This document shows, in pieces, positions 30,960 through 33,562 of a stretch of DNA of 33,562 bases; the stretch's first letter is position 1; each line of letters starts with the position of its first letter. The DNA is from Candidatus Krumholzibacteriia bacterium. Lineage in GTDB: Bacteria > Krumholzibacteriota > Krumholzibacteriia > LZORAL124-64-63. The position numbers and the translations under genes were made by a program. The stretch is taken from the NCBI GenBank assembly GCA_046484865.1, contig JAWOID010000074.1, positions 1 to 33,562 on the forward strand, written 5' to 3'. Under the pieces are notes generated by a model. The model saw only the letters and a program-made list of their open reading frames with translations, was not told the DNA's origin and searched no databases.

Positions 30960-31076
30960 CCTGACCAGACCAGTCGAGAATCCGCCGGCGCACGCCCGGC
31001 GCGGAGCCCGGGAGTTCCGCGCCGGCGCCCGTCGTCGATCGCCGGCCGCGAGGCCGCTCAGCCGCCGGGAGGCGTG

Positions 31077-33056
31077 GTGCAGATCGAGATGCCTTTCGAA
31101 TCCGATCCCGCCCCGGGTCCGGCTGCGGACAATCCGCCGGTGGAGGTCGAGCCTGCCTCCGCGCCGGTTCCAGCGCCGTCCGTGCCGTCGCCGGAGCCGA
31201 TGGCCCCGTCCGGGTCGCCCGGCCTGCTCTCGGGCCGCCCCTGGTGCGCGCGGCCGCCCGTACCGCCGCCGGTGCTCGAGGCGATGCGACGCGTCGTGCC
31301 GCTGGACGTCCCGGTGTCCGACCGACTGCTCACCGTGCTCGCCTGCCGGGGGCTCACCCAGGGCCGGGAACTGGAGAGTTTCTTCTATCCCTCGCTGGAG
31401 CACCTGCCCGATCCGTTCCTCATGCGGGAGATGGATCGCGCCGCCGACCGCATCCTCGCGGCGGCCAGGCGCGGCGAGCACGTGGCGGTCCACGGCGACT
31501 TCGACGTGGACGGCATCACCGGCACCGCCCTGCTGACCGAGTTGCTGCGGAACCTTCAGGTGGACGGTCGCCGACCCGTGCCCGTGCCCGCCTTCGTCCC
31601 CGACCGCGCCGCCGACGGGTACGGGGTGGCCGACCGCATGATCCGGCAGTGGGCACGTGACGGGGTGCACCTGCTGATCACCGTGGACACCGGCACCGCG
31701 GCCCTGGAGGAACTGGCGCTGGCCCGCGAACTGGGGCTGGACGTGGTGGTACTCGATCACCACATCTGCGAGCAGCGGCCGGACGTGCACGCGCTGGTGA
31801 ATCCCCGCCGCGAGGACAGCACCTATCCCAACCCGGAGCTCTGCGGCGTGGCGGTGGCGTTCAAGGTCGCGCAGGCGCTGACGCAACTGCAGCCGAACTG
31901 CCTGCCCGAGGGTTTCCTCGCCGAGATCATCGATCTGGTGGCGCTCGGGCTCGTCGCGGATCAGATGCCGCTGGTGGGCGAGAACCGGGTCCTGGTGCGC
32001 AAGGGGCTGGAGCGGTTCGCCGACCGCCAGCGGTTGCGTCCGGGGCTGGCGGCGCTGCTGCGCATCGCCGGGCTCGACCGGGGCTTCCCCGTGACCGCCA
32101 CCGACCTCGCCTACCAGGTGGCGCCGCGTCTCAACGCGTGCGGCCGCATCGGCAGGGTGATGGCGGCGTTCGAGTTGCTCCTCACGCGCGACGAGCGGCT
32201 CGCCGAGCGGCTGGCGCAGGAGGCTGATCGCACCAACCTGCGCCGCAAGCAGGCCGATCTGATGCTCAAGGACGAGGCCGTCGCCATGGCCCTGCCGTAC
32301 GTGGAACGCGGCGAGCCGGGGCTCGTGCTCTGGTCGGCGGAGTGGCACAAGGGCGTGATCGGCATCGGCGCGGCGCGCCTGGTCGAGCAGTTCCGCCTGC
32401 CCACCATCCTGGTGGCGGTGGAGGGGGACATGGCGCGCGGATCGGCCCGGAGCACGCCGAACGTGGACGTGAAATGCGTCCTGGACCGTTGCGCGCAGCA
32501 CCTCGTGCGCTACGGCGGGCACGCCCAGGCAGCCGGCGTGAGCCTGCGCGCCCGCGACTTGCCGGAGTTCCGCCGGGCCTTCCTGGCGGCGCTGCGCGAC
32601 GAGCCCAACGCCGGCCCGATGCCGGAGCTGTACGACCTGGAACTGCCGCTGGGGGAACTGACCGCCCGCGACGTGGCCGACCTGGTCGCCGAATTCGAGC
32701 AGCTGGAGCCGTTCGGATCCGGCAACCGGCGGCCGGTGTTCCGCTGCCGCGGCGTGCTGCTGGCGCGCCACCCCTCGCCCATGGGCGGCGGCGTCCACCT
32801 GCGGTTCGCCTTCCGCGGCCCGAACCGCCCGCCCACGAGCGGTGCGCCGGCGCTCGGACGGGAGTTCGTGGCGTTCGGCAGCGGGGAGGCGTGGCGGCGG
32901 GGGCTCAGCGAGCTGGACGGAGGCGAGCAGGCGGCTCTGCGCACCACCTGGGACGTGCTGTTCGAGCTGGGTCGCAGCACCTTCCGGCCCCGCAACGGCA
33001 CCTATGACCCGGTCCAGCAGCTGCTGGTCGACATCAGACCGGCCTCGACGCCATGA
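31077..33056 (+). CDS. recJ: Single-stranded-DNA-specific exonuclease RecJ
   Basis: LPDPFLM..MD.A..RI, HGDFDVDG, P.R..DGYG, ITVDTG, LDHH, NP, LCGVAVAFK, VAPRLNACGR, WHKGVIGI.A.RL, GSARS, YGGHAQAAG, LEPFGSGN. Start uncertain (GTG 31077 after GGAGG; 31089 or 31200 possible); the track start at 30831 lies inside rnpB. Confidence 0.93.
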   Translation: MQIEMPFESDPAPGPAADNPPVEVEPASAPVPAPSVPSPEPMAPSGSPGLLSGRPWCARPPVPPPVLEAMRRVVPLDVPVSDRLLTVLACRGLTQGRELESFFYPSLEHLPDPFLMREMDRAADRILAAARRGEHVAVHGDFDVDGITGTALLTELLRNLQVDGRRPVPVPAFVPDRAADGYGVADRMIRQWARDGVHLLITVDTGTAALEELALARELGLDVVVLDHHICEQRPDVHALVNPRREDSTYPNPELCGVAVAFKVAQALTQLQPNCLPEGFLAEIIDLVALGLVADQMPLVGENRVLVRKGLERFADRQRLRPGLAALLRIAGLDRGFPVTATDLAYQVAPRLNACGRIGRVMAAFELLLTRDERLAERLAQEADRTNLRRKQADLMLKDEAVAMALPYVERGEPGLVLWSAEWHKGVIGIGAARLVEQFRLPTILVAVEGDMARGSARSTPNVDVKCVLDRCAQHLVRYGGHAQAAGVSLRARDLPEFRRAFLAALRDEPNAGPMPELYDLELPLGELTARDVADLVAEFEQLEPFGSGNRRPVFRCRGVLLARHPSPMGGGVHLRFAFRGPNRPPTSGAPALGREFVAFGSGEAWRRGLSELDGGEQAALRTTWDVLFELGRSTFRPRNGTYDPVQQLLVDIRPASTP

Positions 33057-33115
33057 GCGAGGCCGTCCACCTCCCGGATGACCAGCGCCTGCACGCGGCC
33101 ATGGGCGCCCGATGA
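33053..33115 (+). pseudogene. Probable truncated 5' stub of the next host gene
   Basis: ATGA overlap with the recJ stop; MSEAVHLPDDQRLHAAMGAR-stop in host-like codon usage; the stop lies just past the compositional junction. Confidence 0.4.
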
Positions 33116-33562
33116 TGGCGCGGATGGCGGGGGCGTCTTTGCCGTTAAACCCATACAGCAAAAGGACATCGGGTGCGTATTCGTTAATGAAGGCCAGAAT
33201 ATCTTCATTGTCCACTGAGCCGCCGAGGAAACGGCTTTCCCAGCCGTCACTTTCGAACAGATCGGAGGTCATCTGGCCGCCGAGTTCGGCGTGTTCGCTG
33301 TTGGCACTGACGACCACGATGCGTTTATTGCGGGCAGGACGATGGGGCAGCTTGTTCTGTAACTGGTTGACAATGCTGCGGTTAATGCGAGAGGCGAAGG
33401 ATTCCTGGGCCGTGGTGATTTGGCCTTCGCGGTGGAGTTTGTCGACTTCGACCATGATGGGCCAGACGAGATCCATATAGATTTGGTGGGCGGCGGTGCC
33501 GGTTTGGAGGGTTTCTTCGATGATGGAACGGCAGTTTTGGCGGTCGCCGTCGAGGAGGGAAT
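33111..33562 (-). CDS. Fragment of a cobalamin-binding-domain protein (cap helices plus Rossmann fold); start outside the window, C-terminus broken at about 33110
   Basis: ...SLLDGDRQNCRSIIEETLQTGTAAHQIYMDLVWPIMVEVDKLHREGQITTAQESFAS...KRIVVVSANSEHAELGGQMTSDLFESDGWESRFLGGSVDNEDILAFINEYAPDVLLL...: B12-binding_2 cap followed by a B12-binding domain pattern; lower GC than the rest of the window. Confidence 0.75.

Noticed and set aside
30996..31025. Terminator after rnpB
   Set aside because: A 12-bp hairpin (CCGGCGCGGAGC/GTTCCGCGCCGG) exists but has no U-tract, and such stems arise easily at this GC content.
30711..33476. 921-aa minus-strand ORF as a large B12-domain fusion protein
   Set aside because: Only the part above about 33111 is protein-like; the remainder is the antisense shadow of recJ and overlaps rnpB.

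Overview
Very GC-rich bacterial chromosomal segment, almost entirely co-oriented (+) housekeeping genes: uvrA, galE, a cytoplasmic histidine kinase plus single-domain receiver, tRNA-Phe/tRNA-Thr, glmM-glmS-ridA, tRNA-Sec (selC), a diacylglycerol-kinase-family gene, a DUF5683-like membrane protein, lepA-lepB-hemW-hrcA-grpE-dnaJ-rsmE-yqeY-cvpA-mutS2, dnaG-rpoD, tRNA-Ile2/tRNA-Val, RNase HI, rnpB and recJ. Both edges are atypical. The left edge carries the 5' end of a zinc-ribbon IS1-like transposase that the ORF track misses. The right edge (from about 33110) switches abruptly to lower-GC DNA encoding a truncated B12-binding-domain protein and looks like a chimeric join or an insertion. I found no clear-cut new multi-gene system. 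The best leads are a sigma54-type promoter in front of a kinase with a degenerate GGDEF-like tail, a small MITE-like inverted repeat at the mutS2 stop, a perfect 18-bp duplication of the hrcA 3' end, a candidate internal promoter in dnaG with a perfect palindrome ahead of rpoD, and an HTH-like fusion on RNase HI. All calls are from motif recognition by eye; no searches were run.
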